Virus record (IMG/VR): IMGVR_UViG_2744054854_000007
DNA length: 44,225 nucleotides
Reading direction: 5' to 3' (one strand)
DNA from: a virus
Lineage: Duplodnaviria > Heunggongvirae > Uroviricota > Caudoviricetes
Part shown: piece after piece, positions 43,036 through 44,225 of the stretch
How the letters are laid out: every line of letters starts with the position of its first letter
Position numbering within the stretch: the stretch's first letter is position 1
Notes under the pieces: model-generated
The model's input: only the letters and a program-made list of their open reading frames with translations
Database searches by the model: none
What the model was told of the DNA's origin: nothing
Made by a program: the position numbers and the translations under genes

Positions 43036-44225
43036 CTGAAGGGCTCTCCGATGATCTCTTCAAGATGGCTCTGCCAAACGCGGAGCCAGTGTTTCTGATC
43101 ATCGATATAGTCATGAAGGTTGTAATGCGCCATAACCCCCACCATCTGATGCCCGAGCAGCTTTTCAATTACGTGCGGCGGGCAACCTAACTCAGAGAGA
43201 TTTGTGGCTATCGTCCGCCTCATATCATGAAGCGACCACTCTGCCATACCTATTCCATTCCAAATAGAACGGGCGTAATTGGATGCCACAGGTGAATGAA
43301 CGGGCGAATCTTTGATCCCGCCATCAATTTTACGTTGTGAAGTCACCAGGTGATTGGTGTTTATTTTCTTGAGGTGATTTCTGACCAGGTTAACGGCGGC
43401 GTCTGAGAGTCCCCTTCTAATATGTACCCGAGTTTTATAACTGCCCGCAGGCACGACCCACTCATTATCATCCAATCGAAACCATGATCTCTCACTAAGT
43501 CGAATCTCAGCCGTACGGCATCCGGTAAGCATAATAAATTTCACCAGGAAAACGGACTCTATCGACATATGGCTTTTCAACCACTGATAGATTTTGCGCA
43601 GATCGTCATCGTCCATCCTGCGAGTTCTCTTTTTAGGCTTTTGCCCGACATCAGATGGCAGTAATCCCTCGAGTGGGTTTGAGGCGATCACACTTCTGTT
43701 AACGCAGAACCTAAACGCCCGTTTGCACAGCGAAAGCATGTAATGAGCCATCACCCTGCTTTCTATAGAATCGAAGACGTTGATCCAGTGCATTTTCGCT
43801 GTGTTATCGACTTTGACATTCTTCATCGGTTCGGCGATATGTTTCTCAAACACCTGGCGATAGTAATCGACTTTAACTAGCCCGTTAGCGATACAGTGCC
43901 TTTCAATCCAGTAATTGAACGCTTCGGCAACGGACATCGCTTCCTGTCGGGTCTGCTTATCCAGCTTCACCTGCTCTCGCGGATCCAGTCCCTCAGTTAA
44001 CCAGTTTCTGAATTGTTGGCGACGCTCTCTTGCCTGGGTGATACTCATTGCAGGATAATCACCAACATTGAGTTTTACCGCTTTACCGGCCCAGCGATAC
44101 CGATAGAAAAATGATATTTTTCCGGCCTGGCTGATTCTGGCGTTGAGCCCGTGCGAATCAGAAATAATCTCGATATCATCTCTTTTCTTGCCGAGCGCCT
44201 TCCTGAGCTTTGTGTCGGTGATCAT
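43032..44225 (-). CDS. int: Tyrosine recombinase (phage integrase); start coincides with window edge, may be truncated
   Basis: 397 aa; N-terminal arm-binding-like ...[10 protein letters not shown]...; C-terminal ...LHDMRRT... and ...HYNLHDY... catalytic-region motifs. Confidence 0.85.
   Translation of the reverse strand: MITDTKLRKALGKKRDDIEIISDSHGLNARISQAGKISFFYRYRWAGKAVKLNVGDYPAMSITQARERRQQFRNWLTEGLDPREQVKLDKQTRQEAMSVAEAFNYWIERHCIANGLVKVDYYRQVFEKHIAEPMKNVKVDNTAKMHWINVFDSIESRVMAHYMLSLCKRAFRFCVNRSVIASNPLEGLLPSDVGQKPKKRTRRMDDDDLRKIYQWLKSHMSIESVFLVKFIMLTGCRTAEIRLSERSWFRLDDNEWVVPAGSYKTRVHIRRGLSDAAVNLVRNHLKKINTNHLVTSQRKIDGGIKDSPVHSPVASNYARSIWNGIGMAEWSLHDMRRTIATNLSELGCPPHVIEKLLGHQMVGVMAHYNLHDYIDDQKHWLRVWQSHLEEIIGEPFS

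Larger units (their letters stand above)
1..44225. mobile_element. Prophage, e14-like mosaic (lambda-like head and regulation, Mu-like contractile tail, Pin-invertible tail fibre); window lies inside it
   Basis: Uninterrupted phage modules from DNA invertase at the left edge to tyrosine integrase at the right edge; no host housekeeping genes seen; att sites must lie outside the window. Confidence 0.8.

Overview
The window lies almost entirely inside one prophage, read 'backwards' (late and early-right genes on the minus strand). All calls come from reading the sequence and ORF track and from remembered family signatures; no searches or computations were run, so family names are provisional and motif coordinates are approximate to a few bp. 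Left to right: a Hin/Gin/Pin-family DNA invertase (1-549) beside a ~2.2 kb invertible tail-fibre cassette with hix-like crossover sites; a Mu-like contractile tail and baseplate module (3.1-13.7 kb) including a -1 frameshift site in the tail chaperone; a lambda-like head and packaging module (13.7-22.0 kb) ending at a cosB-like octamer array; a lysis cassette (two membrane proteins, GH19 endolysin, overlapping spanins); a Q-like antiterminator; a nin-like region with RusA and YbcO-like genes; an atypical tRNA-like gene; a Dam-like methyltransferase frameshifted at an A8 tract; DnaC-like and O-like replication genes with embedded iteron-like repeats; a CII-like/Cro/CI switch with operator palindromes; and a plus-strand operon with a RecE-like exonuclease, a Bet/RecT-type annealase, an excisionase and a tyrosine integrase at the right edge. 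The organisation resembles an intact relative of the E. coli e14 element. The best candidates for an undescribed system are terminator-bounded cargo loci that look AT-richer by eye: (i) a small protein plus a second ClpP/S49-fold serine peptidase between the Q terminator and the holin, (ii) a Zn-ribbon protein plus a coiled-coil, C-terminally membrane-anchored protein just downstream of cI in a rexAB-like position, (iii) a very acidic small protein with its own promoter region and terminator, and (iv) two secreted proteins. None of these could be assigned a function from sequence alone.
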